DNA of 64,000 bases, taken from contig JAHDYR010000012.1 in assembly GCA_019828565.1 (NCBI GenBank), positions 558,001-622,000 of the forward strand. The letters run 5' to 3'. Positions 34,500 through 45,958 of the stretch are shown piece after piece (within the stretch, counting starts at the first letter, position 1; each line of letters begins with the position of its first letter). A program made the position numbers and the translations under genes. The DNA is from Carpediemonas membranifera BICM (lineage: Eukaryota; Protista; Fornicata). Below the pieces are notes generated by a model. The model had not been told where the DNA came from, ran no database searches, and saw only the letters and a list, made by a program, of their open reading frames with translations.

Positions 34500-36695
34500 A
34501 TGGTAACCTACAAGATACTTAGTCTGAACACAGAGGGACACATAGGAAGAGGAAAGGACTTCACGGCGTCTATGGCAACGGCGATTCAGCTAAGGTTGAA
34601 GGACATAGAGGCAGTACTCATACAAGAGACATGGAGAACGGCGAATACGAGGGTTCATTGCTTCATGGACCTTGACTACGCACTAGCAGGGAGGGAGACG
34701 GAAGAGGACCTGGTCTTAGCCAACGAAAAACGAAAGGCGGATGTCAAAAGTCAGCACCGCATCAACCGACAACTAGGCATAGCAGGCAATGACGAACCTG
34801 CGCCAAGATGGAAGGGAACAAGGGAAGGCATCGGCACGAGAGTGAGCCCACACGCAACTGCAAAGTGGGACATCGGCATAACGGACAGCCTATCGGGAAG
34901 AGTGCAAGCCAGCATAATGAGAACCGGCAGGGACATACTAGTCATCAACGTGTATGGCCCTCCATCCGGCCACAGCAAGCAGGAGAAGGATGGATTCAGG
35001 GACACTATACAGAAGATCATGGACATGAAAGGGAGCATGGAGGCCATAATTATGGGAGACTGGAACATCGACCCAGGCCAGATGGAAAGATCCACCCGGT
35101 GGAAGGATATGATGGAGAAGCACAGGCTCAAAGCCATCATACCCAAGTCTGGGACGCTCACATCAGGAACATCAACCCCGGACTTTGCAGTGACAACACC
35201 AGGAATCCAGGGGGCGGAGATTGAGGTGGTAGAGTCTCAGAAGGTCGGGGTATGGGGCTCAGCACACAATGGAATCACACTAGCATGGAAGGAACAACGG
35301 TACTATGGCAGAAGTGAGCGAGACGTGGCTCTGGCCATACCCGAGGTGCACACCTGGCCCATGAAAAAGAAGGAGGGGCCAGTCACAGTCTCAAAGCTGA
35401 ACAGGATCAAGAGCTCGGACCAATGGGAAGAGACTATAAGAGCATGCATGGGCGACCCAGTGAACAACAGGGGAGCAAAGGCAAGGGACAAAGTGTTCGG
35501 GAACGGAGTGTGGAGCGAACTCCAGCGAACCCCATGGACAGAAATAGACATTTGGGAAGGCCTCACGGCAGGACTACGGGAACTGGCAAAGGTTTACAAC
35601 AGCTTCAAGGTGGAATAGAAGCATGTCATGAACCCCTGACTCCAGGACCGGGAAGGGATGGACAAGGAATCAGCCATGGACCACCCTCGCTGGGTGCTAA
35701 GCTCCTGGGATCAGTGAGGAAAGGCCCCACGTATCCCGGTAGCCAGGAACCAAAGCAAGGGAAGGAACGACTGCAAGGAATTAACAGGAAGGACAGACCA
35801 GAAATAAGAAAGAAAGGACATGCAACAAGGACAGAGCAAGGATAAGGTCAAGGAAATCCATATTATGGAATGGCTGGCAGTCAAAAGGATAGTCAACTAC
35901 AGGGACCAGGATATACCAGTCAGAAACAGAGAATGGGGGCGGGGCACGGTTATGTGGGAAGCTAGGGAGAGAGTGCAGCATCTACTGGAGGGCACCAGAG
36001 AGGGAGCCCCTAAACCAGCGCTACTGGATTATGGCATGGAAACGATCAGGGAGGGGGTGGATGAAGCGGTGCAAAAGCCGTACGGCACTAGGACTAATGG
36101 AAATCATGGGGACAAGGAAATTAAGCAAGTGTCTGCAAGGTAAGCCTACGGTAGACCGAAAGGCTGGGAAGGGGGCAAAAGCAGGGCGGAATGGAAGAGA
36201 ATTGTATCCATTGCAGCCAATGTCAGCCCATCCCCATCGTCGGCAGAGAGAGGGGAGGGCCCTATGAGAGCCATCACAGAGCTGGCCCAAGGCGCTGACC
36301 TGAAGAGAGAAATTAGCAGACTATGCCCCCTATGCTCGGAGGAGTCGGAGGTGAGCCTGTTCTACAGGATCATTAGGGAAAAGCCAGGACCAGCAAGGAA
36401 GCAGGAAATGATCAGGGAGTGGGCAGAGGGCCAGAGGCTAGGATCGGCAGCGCACATAATCTGTGAATGCCCGGCAGTAGACAGGGGAGAAGCTTGGACA
36501 AAGCTGTGGACAGCAGCGAAGCACAAAACTAAGGACTTGGAAGTAAGGCAGGGCCCCCAGGGCGAATGGTACCAGGAAAGACCCATCCTAGAATTACAGC
36601 AACTAATAATATGGGGCTCGGAGGACATTTGGGAAGGCCTCACGGCAGGACTACGGGAACTGGCAAAGGTTTACAACAGCTTCAAGGTGGAATAG
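34500..36695 (+). pseudogene. LINE ORF2 copy 1: APE endonuclease, internal deletion of RT, C-terminal CCHC
   Basis: SLNTEG, IQETW, NVYGP, MGDWN; jumps at ~35548 to 3'-end sequence, then back at ~35865. Confidence 0.88.
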
Positions 36696-37595
36696 AAGCA
36701 TGTCATGAACCCCTGACTCCAGGACCGGGAAGGGATGGACAAGGAATCAGCCATGGACCACCCTCGCTGGTGCTAAGCTCCTGGGATCAGTGAGGAAAGG
36801 CCCCACGTATCCCGGTAGCCAGGAACCAAAGCAAGGGAAGGAACGACTGCAAGGAAAGAACAGGGAAGGACAGATCAGAAATAAGAAAGAAAGGACATGC
36901 AACAAGGACAGAGCAAGGATAAGGTCAAGGAAATCCATATTCATATGGTTGCACCACTCGTTGGGACCCCAAGGAAACTGCAGGGACTGGCCACGGGGGT
37001 CGGAGGGGCACAGGTGCCCCTGCCGCCCTTGTTAACGACATGGGAAACCAAGGACATGTAGTGCAAGCGAAATGTTGTAAGGGGTAACAGGACAACCAGG
37101 CCTAGTGCCTGGGGCTGCCGCTGACCCACGCCACCTAACCGGGGTAGACAGCATGGACTTAGTCACTTTCCCCGCCTTCGGGTAGGCTTCTTAACAGAGT
37201 CGAGGGGGCATGGAATTGGGGAACCGGACAGACGAGAGGGTGCCGTGGCTGAACGGCTCTACAAGGACTGCAGGGAAGCAAGGAGTGTCATAGTCAAGGT
37301 TCTGCAGGACGATCCTGCCTGTCAATGCCCCGAGGACAGACCCCCAGGCTCCCCGGATAGTTGCCGGACTTTCAGGGAGACAGGAAAGCATATTTGCACG
37401 GAGATGGCCGCAGGGCCTCTGGGGCGATTGGAATCGGCTTTCCGCGGAGACAGTAGCACCGAAAGCCCAAGGCAAACGCTGCTGACCAGTTTGCCACGGG
37501 AAATAGGCAGTACCCCGGGGCACTCAGCTCCAAGACAACGGGAAACAAGCTCAGTCCGGGGTCAGAATCCAAGCACCATAAATTTCTTTCTTTCT

Positions 37596-38063
37596 TCACT
37601 GCGTGGCTCGCGCTCGTGAACATGTGGAGCTCTGGGACGGGCAGCAGCGGGGGAGAAGGAGTTCACCATCTCTTGCGACTCCTGTAGGTCGCGTGACATT
37701 GCCATGACTTTCGGCATGATCGAGGGGATGTCGAGGCCTTCTGCGAGCTCCTTGACCTTGTACATGATCGTGTTGGATCCTTGCACGCGGAAGCATCTGC
37801 AGTACGTCTCTTTGAGCACATCCTCAGGTACATCTGGATTGACTAACAGCTGGAGCGCCTTGAACTTCCGATTGACGTTATTGACCTCGACGGGGTCGAA
37901 GGTCTTGGCGCGTAGACGGAAAAGATCGAGCTGAGCGGTGGATCTGCTGGGACGCAGTACGCTGCCTAGGCGCTTGAGGATTCGTAGATCGCTGAAGTTG
38001 CGCTTTTGACGGCGGCGCTCGGTAGTTGCCATCAGTAACGGTACGTAATCATCGTCTTCGGAG
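37596..38063 (-). pseudogene. Middle fragment of Gypsy B gag between the two LINEs
   Basis: In frame with both neighbours after TSD removal. Confidence 0.88.
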
Positions 38064-38113
38064 GGTCGTTCATACTGGTATCAGGGGCTCATGGAGACGA
38101 GGCCGTAGAAGGC

Positions 38114-40954
38114 GTGCCTTACGACAAGGTATGGGATCCGGCAAACCAAGGCCCGGTCACCAGAGTGGCCTACGAGCAAGAGGACGGCAAGTACAGGGTC
38201 ATCCTAGAGCTAAGCGACACGTCAGCATGGTCCATCAGCCGCTTCATGGAGGAGGCTAGGGACATCCTCAGGCTTCAGGCACCGGAGGCCCCGGCCATAT
38301 GGCAGGCAGCATGGAACAAGTCAGGGATCTACCTGAAGGGCAGAACCAATATCCTGGGCGAAGGGGAGGAGACCCCCCTTAGCAACGAGCCGCCGTTCCG
38401 GAAGGTGAGGCTGGAAGTGCTCAAGGCCACCTCGGTCCGCAGCAATAGGGACGAACATGCCGATCTGGACAGGTCGTCCGCTAGCACGGTCATCGACGGA
38501 GACGAGGAGCAACATGTCAAGGACAAGGAGGAACGACGCCAGCAGGCCACCATGCCCGGCAGAAGAAGCCTCGACGACAGCCTCCTGGAAGTGAACAAGG
38601 ACATGGTCGGGGCCAACCAAGGCAAGATCGACCAGGACGAGGAGGTCGACTCAAACAAGGTCAGCAGCCAGCCGCCGAGGATGCCTAGAAAGGACAAGGA
38701 GAAACGACTGGTGATCGGAGCCATCGACTTCGAGTGCGCAGACCCTGGCGTCAAGAAGGCAGGGATCCCTGCCATCCCGGTTGAGGGCGGGATCGTACTC
38801 TTTGACCTCAGCACTGGGGACATTCTTGGACACGGGCATGGCCTGTATTACCAGGACATACCGGCAGCAAGCATGGACCAAGCGAGGTACACGGCATGGG
38901 CAGTGACGGGGCTGCCGCCGGCCACCTTCGTGGAGGTCGGGACGGGGCGGCCGCCGATCGAGTATGAGAAGCACATACATACTTTCAGGGACTGGGCCAA
39001 CCGCCTGGCGGCTCAGCTGGCAAGGATCGAAAGGTCGGAGGGTTGGAAGATAATCATGTATGCAAAGGGGGTGGAGATGGAAAGCTTCCTCCTCACGAAC
39101 CCCACAAATGGACTGGAGCAAGGAACCAGGGAATTCTTCCAAGCTAGGCTGGTGGACGAGAAGAAGCTACCAGAGATCCTGGAGAACAACGGCAAGGAGG
39201 AGGCTGGCCAAAACCTCAGGGACAACCTCGACAAGGCCAACTACCTGGAAGCAGTAACAACATGGTCAAATGGATGGCAGAACAGGAGCGAGCCCAAGGG
39301 AGTCTGTCCGTACCACAGACACACCGCGGGTTGCTACCACTGTGGGTTGGCGGATACAGTAGTCTTCACAGCCAGGATCAGGGCCCTATGCAAGGAGAGG
39401 ATGAGCACCCCAGACGTCTACCACTACATGGGTAAGGCACTCGACAAGACCATGGAAGCAGTCGGGAAGGCGGAGCCGGGCATGGATATCATGGGAGGCC
39501 CGGAATTCGCGACAAGGAGGGACACCTTTGAGATCTTCGGCACGTACCCGATCGGGGACGCAAGGGACGTCAGCAGGGAAGTCGGCGACAGGATCCTCGT
39601 AGTCCCGGACAACGGACACCGCTTCGGCATCGGCTTCGGGTTCGGGGAGGTTCTGTTGGGCATGAAGGGCATCTTACTGCCCCCCTTCACAATCATGGAC
39701 AACGAAGGTGTACTGGAGAGAAGCCCGCTATGGACCATCATGGAAAGAGCCACGGCTAACCAGCTCCGCATGGTACGCGTCAGGAAGGGCCTAGGGGCAG
39801 CAAGGGAGGAGGACATCATAACCATGGCCATGCTATACGAGTGGTGGCCCTCGAAGGAGGCTACGGCTCATCAAGGAGTCTGGGGCTGCGACGACCTAGC
39901 AGAGAGCCTCAGGGACTATGAGAAGGTCATAGTCAACGTCAAGGCCCCCAGGAACAGGGGTAGGATCACCCTAGGGGCGAGCTTCATCCCGAGAGACTGG
40001 GGCATGGTCAGGGTCAGCGAGGCTGGGACCATCCTAAGCCGCATGCGCAAGGAAGGGGCCAGACTAGTCTCGGCAGCTATCCCGGACGAGCCCAGAGCCA
40101 ACACAGTCAATGTCCCAGGCATCACGTATGTCCCCACCATCGACGGAAAGTCCGAACAGCCATACCAAAGTAGGTTCTTCGACAACGGCCTGGAGGAAAA
40201 GGCGAGGCGGATTAGCACCAGGATGGTGGGCAGGCACTTCGGCCAGGACGCGGATCAAGGACATCACGACCAGCATGGAGACAGGGAAGAGGACAGAAGG
40301 GTAGGACACGGAGCCGGCGGTAGAGCTGGTGTCAGAGCTGACGACAGAACCGGCGACAGAGCTGGTAACATGAACAGGACCTCGGATCGTAACCACGGAG
40401 GAGACGACAGGGAGAGACAGGACAACACGGGAACGCAGATGAGAGGCTCGTTCAGCGGGAACACCTGGGCCGGTAGAGGCTCAGAGGGAGGCATGGACAA
40501 CAGCAAGGATCACTCTTCCTCCACGACGCTCAAGCGCAAGGAGGGCAGCACGAGTAGGATCATGGACTCGGACAGCGGAAAGAGAAGCAGGCACGAAGAG
40601 GACATGGACTGGGAGTCTGGAAGCAGACAGGCAACCGGCATGGACTCGGAGAAGCTGCGGCTCCGAAAGCAGTTGGCAGAGGCGCAACAAGAGATCTCAG
40701 CGCTCAAGTCTGCCCGACTCATGCAAGAGCAAGGCCACGGAAGGTTGGTGCTCTCCGGCGTCGCGACTAAGCCCAGCAAGGAGAAGCCCACGATCCCCCG
40801 GCACAAGCACAAGAAGGCTAAGAAGGCCAAGCAGATCTCACCCATGGACCTGATGACCCAGTTCATCACGGTAATGCAGAGTCTACAAGGACAGCAAGTG
40901 AGTCAGGCCGAGGACAGCTGCAGCGGCAGTGGGGAGTCCACGGAGGAGGAGTAA
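38114..40954 (+). CDS. LINE ORF1 copy 2 (5'-truncated) with Maelstrom/arenavirus-NP-like DEDDh nuclease (~38708-39390) and coiled-coil/basic C-terminus
   Basis: AIDFEC...IPVEGGIV...YAKGVEME...CPYHRHTAGCYHCGLAD. Confidence 0.8.
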   Translation: MPYDKVWDPANQGPVTRVAYEQEDGKYRVILELSDTSAWSISRFMEEARDILRLQAPEAPAIWQAAWNKSGIYLKGRTNILGEGEETPLSNEPPFRKVRLEVLKATSVRSNRDEHADLDRSSASTVIDGDEEQHVKDKEERRQQATMPGRRSLDDSLLEVNKDMVGANQGKIDQDEEVDSNKVSSQPPRMPRKDKEKRLVIGAIDFECADPGVKKAGIPAIPVEGGIVLFDLSTGDILGHGHGLYYQDIPAASMDQARYTAWAVTGLPPATFVEVGTGRPPIEYEKHIHTFRDWANRLAAQLARIERSEGWKIIMYAKGVEMESFLLTNPTNGLEQGTREFFQARLVDEKKLPEILENNGKEEAGQNLRDNLDKANYLEAVTTWSNGWQNRSEPKGVCPYHRHTAGCYHCGLADTVVFTARIRALCKERMSTPDVYHYMGKALDKTMEAVGKAEPGMDIMGGPEFATRRDTFEIFGTYPIGDARDVSREVGDRILVVPDNGHRFGIGFGFGEVLLGMKGILLPPFTIMDNEGVLERSPLWTIMERATANQLRMVRVRKGLGAAREEDIITMAMLYEWWPSKEATAHQGVWGCDDLAESLRDYEKVIVNVKAPRNRGRITLGASFIPRDWGMVRVSEAGTILSRMRKEGARLVSAAIPDEPRANTVNVPGITYVPTIDGKSEQPYQSRFFDNGLEEKARRISTRMVGRHFGQDADQGHHDQHGDREEDRRVGHGAGGRAGVRADDRTGDRAGNMNRTSDRNHGGDDRERQDNTGTQMRGSFSGNTWAGRGSEGGMDNSKDHSSSTTLKRKEGSTSRIMDSDSGKRSRHEEDMDWESGSRQATGMDSEKLRLRKQLAEAQQEISALKSARLMQEQGHGRLVLSGVATKPSKEKPTIPRHKHKKAKKAKQISPMDLMTQFITVMQSLQGQQVSQAEDSCSGSGESTEEE

Positions 40955-41285
40955 GGACATGGTAAAGCAGTATTCTTTCAAGGAACAAGCAACATTTTCT
41001 TTATAATTCACAAGCCCTGGCTCCCACCCAGGGCCCGGCATTAGCTGAAATGCACTGCCGGTAGGCTGTAGCGGCAGCCAAAGGGGGGTCACGTCATATC
41101 GTCCCCCTCCTAAGTACCCTGCCCGAAGAATGGAAGGTCACCAGGTGGTAACAAGGTTGGCCTGACAAGGGTCACCGAGACCGGCATCTAGGCCCCTTGT
41201 TAGGACAAGGATAGCAGGAGAGGAGCGGGAAGCTGGGGCTCCCAAATTCTGGGAATTCGCAGGATAAGGAAACAGGACAAAGGCA

Positions 41286-44200
41286 ATGGTAACCTACAAG
41301 ATACTTAGTCTGAACACAGAGGGACACATAGGAAGAGGAAAGGACTTCACGGCGTCTATGGCAACGGCGATTCAGCTAAGGTTGAAGGACATAGAGGCAG
41401 TACTCATACAAGAGACATGGAGAACGGCGAATACGAGGGTTCATTGCTTCATGGACCTTGACTACGCACTAGCAGGGAGGGAGACGGAAGAGGACCTGGT
41501 CTTAGCCAACGAAAAACGAAAGGCGGATGTCAAAAGTCAGCACCGCATCAACCGACAACTAGGCATAGCAGGCAATGACGAACCTGCGCCAAGATGGAAG
41601 GGAACAAGGGAAGGCATCGGCACGAGAGTGAGCCCACACGCAACTGCAAAGTGGGACATCGGCATAACGGACAGCCTATCGGGAAGAGTGCAAGCCAGCA
41701 TAATGAGAACCGGCAGGGACATACTAGTCATCAACGTGTATGGCCCTCCATCCGGCCACAGCAAGCAGGAGAAGGATGGATTCAGGGACACTATACAGAA
41801 GATCATGGACATGAAAGGGAGCATGGAGGCCATAATTATGGGAGACTGGAACATCGACCCAGGCCAGATGGAAAGATCCACCCGGTGGAAGGATATGATG
41901 GAGAAGCACAGGCTCAAAGCCATCATACCCAAGTCTGGGACGCTCACATCAGGAACATCAACCCCGGACTTTGCAGTGACAACACCAGGAATCCAGGGGG
42001 CGGAGATTGAGGTGGTAGAGTCTCAGAAGGTCGGGGTATGGGGCTCAGCACACAATGGAATCACACTAGCATGGAAGGAACAACGGTACTATGGCAGAAG
42101 TGAGCGAGACGTGGCTCTGGCCATACCCGAGGTGCACACCTGGCCCATGAAAAAGAAGGAGGGGCCAGTCACAGTCTCAAAGCTGAACAGGATCAAGAGC
42201 TCGGACCAATGGGAAGAGACTATAAGAGCATGCATGGGCGACCCAGTGAACAACAGGGGAGCAAAGGCAAGGGACAAAGTGTTCGGGAACGGAGTGTGGA
42301 GCGAACTCCAGCGAACCCCATGGACAGAAATAGGCAACAGGACCAGGAAGGAAAGGATGAAAGAGGAGCTGGAGAAATACTGGGGAGAGCGCAGGGCCAA
42401 ATGGGTGGCCGACATCAGCAGAAGTGCAAAAGGGGGTATAGGGCCTCAAGGGCCTCAGTGGAAGCTGCCATCAGAAGGTGGTGGTGTGACAACCAATACA
42501 AGGGAATGCCGGAGAGCCTCCTCAAGGACGGAGTGATAACCACGGACAAGGCGGCCATCAGCGAGATCCTCTTGCAACAGTATGCTAGAGTCAGCAGAGG
42601 CAGGGAACCCACCTGGAAGACATGGAGGGGCAGGGACGGAAATGAGTTCAAGGAAAGCGAGGTCAAAGCCGCAATCAAAAAGGATCAGGAGGGACACCGC
42701 ACCAGGGCCTGACCTCACATCTGGAGACATGCTGAGAGAGCTGGATGAGAAAGGCCTTAGGGAAGTGACGAGGCTCATCAACAGGGTCTACAGGGAGGGC
42801 GACGTACCCAAAGCATGGAAGTATGCCACAGTGTCGGCCATACACAAGACAGGGAAGCCAAGGGTCAAGCCGGAATCATATAGACCAATATCCTTGACAC
42901 CACTGCTGTACAGGGTCTATGGTAGATTGCTCAAGATACGTCTGGAAGCAGCAACGAAAAGGTTCATACCAAGAGAACAGGCTGGTTTCCAGTCAGACAG
43001 GGACGTCATCCAGCAGATACAGTACATTGTGCAGCGGCACCAGGAGGGGGGTGAGACCACGTCAATCTTTCTGGACATCGAGAAGGCATATGACACGGTA
43101 CCAAGGGACATTCTCATGGATAAGCTACAGGGTATGGGGGTGGAGGAGCACTTGATCAGGGCAATTCAAGGCACAATAAAGGAAACCTGGATATCAGTCA
43201 AGGGGGCAAAGGCATGGGAAAGAACCAACAGGGGAGTTAAGCAAGGGTGCGTCCTGGCACCGACACTGTTTGTGCTGTTCATGGCTAACTGGCCCCACCT
43301 GGCCAGAAAGAAAATCAAGGGAGAACGGTACGACATCAGAGAACCGCCAAGGACCACGAGCCACCTCAGCGACCGACTACCGGCAGCACTTACCATGTTT
43401 GTGGATGACACTGCGGTCACAGGGAGCAAACCGGAGCATAGCCAGATGGTCGCCAACATAATGGTGGACATAATCAGAGAGCATGAAATGAGGGTGAACG
43501 CCCAGAAGAATGTAATGATTAGCGTGGACAGAACAGCCCTAGTCAGGATCGAGGGGGTAACACTACTGCCAGAGAAGGAGGCGAGATACCTGGGATTATG
43601 GATCGCAAGTGGGAAGGACCCTATGTCGGCCTGCATAAGGCGGAAACAGGAGCAGAGCGAAAGGTACAAGAGACTGGTGAGATGGGCAGGGTGGACCAGG
43701 GCAAACATGCCAGCACTAGCGAGCAGGCTACTACTGGAAATATATATATGGCCCAGGATCCTCTTCGGAGTCGAGGTGTGGGGGAACGCACCGGGAGGTA
43801 GAAGGATCTGGAATGACTGGCAGGGAATCATGGCAGGAACAGGACCGGGAGGGGGCGCAGCCATGAGGCTGATGAATGGATGGGTGGACCTCCAGGCACA
43901 CATGGAATGGCTGGCAGTCAAAAGGATAGTCAACTACGGGACCAGGATATACCAGTCAGAAACAGAGAATGGGGGCGGGGCACGGTTATGTGGGAAGCTA
44001 GGGAGAGAGTGCAGCATCTACTGGAGGGCACCAGAGAGGGAGCCCCTAAACCAGCGCTACTGGATTATGGCATGGAAACGATCAGGAGGGGGTGGATGAA
44101 GCGGTGCAAAAGCCGTACGGCACTAGGACTAATGGAAATCATGGGGACAAGGAAATTAAGCAAGTGTCTGCAAGGTAAGCCTACGGTAGACCGAAAGGCT

Positions 44201-44729
44201 GGGAAGGGGCAAAGCAGGGCGGAATGGAAGAGAATTGTATCCATTGCAGCCAATGTCAGCCCATCCCCATCGTCGGCAGAGAGAGGGGAGGGCCCTATGA
44301 GAGCCATCACAGAGCTGGCCCAAGGCGCTGACCTGAAGAGAGAAATTAGCAGACTATGCCCCCTATGCTCGGAGGAGTCGGAGGTGAGCCTGTTCTACAG
44401 GATCATTAGGGAAAAAGCCAGGACCAGCAAGGAAGCAGGAAATGATCAGGGAGTGGGCAGAGGGCCAGAGGCTAGGATCGGCAGCGCACATAATCTGTGA
44501 ATGCCCGGCAGTAGACAGGGGAGAAGCTTGGACAAAGCTGTGGACAGCAGCGAAGCACAAAACTAAGGACTTGGAAGTAAGGCAGGGCCCCCAGGGCGAA
44601 TGGTACCAGGAAAGACCCATCCTAGAATTACAGCAACTAATAATATGGGGCTCGGAGGACATTTGGGAAGGCCTCACGGCAGGACTACGGGAACTGGCAA
44701 AGGTTTACAACAGCTTCAAGGTGGAATAG
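41286..44729 (+). CDS. LINE ORF2 copy 2: APE endonuclease, reverse transcriptase and CCHC finger, with several frameshifts
   Basis: APE motifs; YRPISL, QAGF, FLDIEKAYD, GVKQG, MFVDD, RYLG; CPLC...HIICEC. Confidence 0.92.
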
Positions 44730-45642
44730 AAGCATGTCATGAACCCCTGACTCCAGGACCGGGAAGGGATGGACAAGGAATCAGCCATGGACCACCCTCG
44801 CTGGTGCTAAGCTCCTGGGATCAGTGAGGAAAGGCCCCACGTATCCCGGTAGCCAGGAACCAAAGCAAGGGAAGGAACGACTGCAAGGAAAGAACAGGGA
44901 AGGACAGATCAGAAATAAGAAAGAAAGGACATGCAACAAGGACAGAGCAAGGATAAGGTCAAGGAAATCCATATTCATATGGTTGCACCACTCGTTGGGA
45001 CCCCAAGGAAACTGCAGGGACTGGCCACGGGGGTCGGAGGGGCACAGGTGCCCCTGCCGCCCTTGTTAACGACATGGGAAACCAAGGACATGTAGTGCAA
45101 GCGAAATGTTGTAAGGGGTAACAGGACAACCAGGCCTAGTGCCTGGGGGTACACCACCCATGCCCTGACCCACGCCACCTAACCGGGGTAGACAGCATGG
45201 ACTTAGTCACTTTCTCCGCCTTCGGGTAGGCTTCTTAACAGAGTCGAGGGGGCATGGAATTGGGGAACCGGACAGACGAGAGGGTGCCGTGGCTGAACGG
45301 CTCTACAAGGACTGCAGGGAAGCAAGGAGTGTCATAGTCAAGGTTCTGCAGGACGATCCTGCCTGTCAATGCCCCGAGGACAGACCCCCAGGCTCCCCGG
45401 ATAGTTGCCGGACTTTCAGGGAGACAGGAAAGCATATTTGCACGGAGATGGCCGCAGGGCCTCTGGGGCGATTGGAATCGGCTTTCCGCGGAGACAGTAG
45501 CACCGAAAGCCCAAGGCAAACGCTGCTGACCAGTTTGCCACGGGAAATAGGCAGTACCCCGGGGCACTCAGCTCCAAGACAACGGGAAACAAGCTCAGTC
45601 CGGGGTCAGAATCCAAGCACCATAAATTTCTTTCTTTCTTTC

Positions 45643-45845
45643 TAATCATCGTCTTCGGAGTTACCGGCCTCGTCGATGCATTGCGAGACATAGTCAGCGA
45701 TAGATGGATCGACGAGTTCGGAGATATCGGCCTTACCGCCGAGGGAACGGTACGTTTGGAGGTGAAGGTAAAAATCAAGCAACGCCTTCATTGAAGGGTC
45801 GCGGAATAGCGGGGGAACCGCTTTTTCTTTGTTCTTAAATGTCAT
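45643..45845 (-). pseudogene. 5' fragment of Gypsy B gag (ATG at 45845)
   Basis: ...GNSEDDD continues as YVPLLMATT at 38045; reconstructed ORF is 3999 nt. Confidence 0.88.
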
Positions 45846-45958
45846 GATGAAAGGGGAATACTAGTATTGTGGTCTGTCAAGACTTAGAAGAACTTTTAGT
45901 AAAAGCAAAGAAGAGAGGGTTTGACCCTGCTGTGGTAAATATGGCAATAATAAATATA

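Larger units (their letters stand above)
30192..37595 (+). mobile_element. APE-type LINE, copy 1 (most of RT deleted, 3' segment duplicated), (TTTC)n tail, 14-bp TSD
   Basis: TSD tcactgcgtggctc at 30178-30191 and 37596-37609. Confidence 0.92.
38064..45642 (+). mobile_element. APE-type LINE, copy 2 (5'-truncated), (TTTC)n tail, 16-18-bp TSD
   Basis: taatcatcgtcttcggag at 38046-38063 and 45643-45660. Confidence 0.93.
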
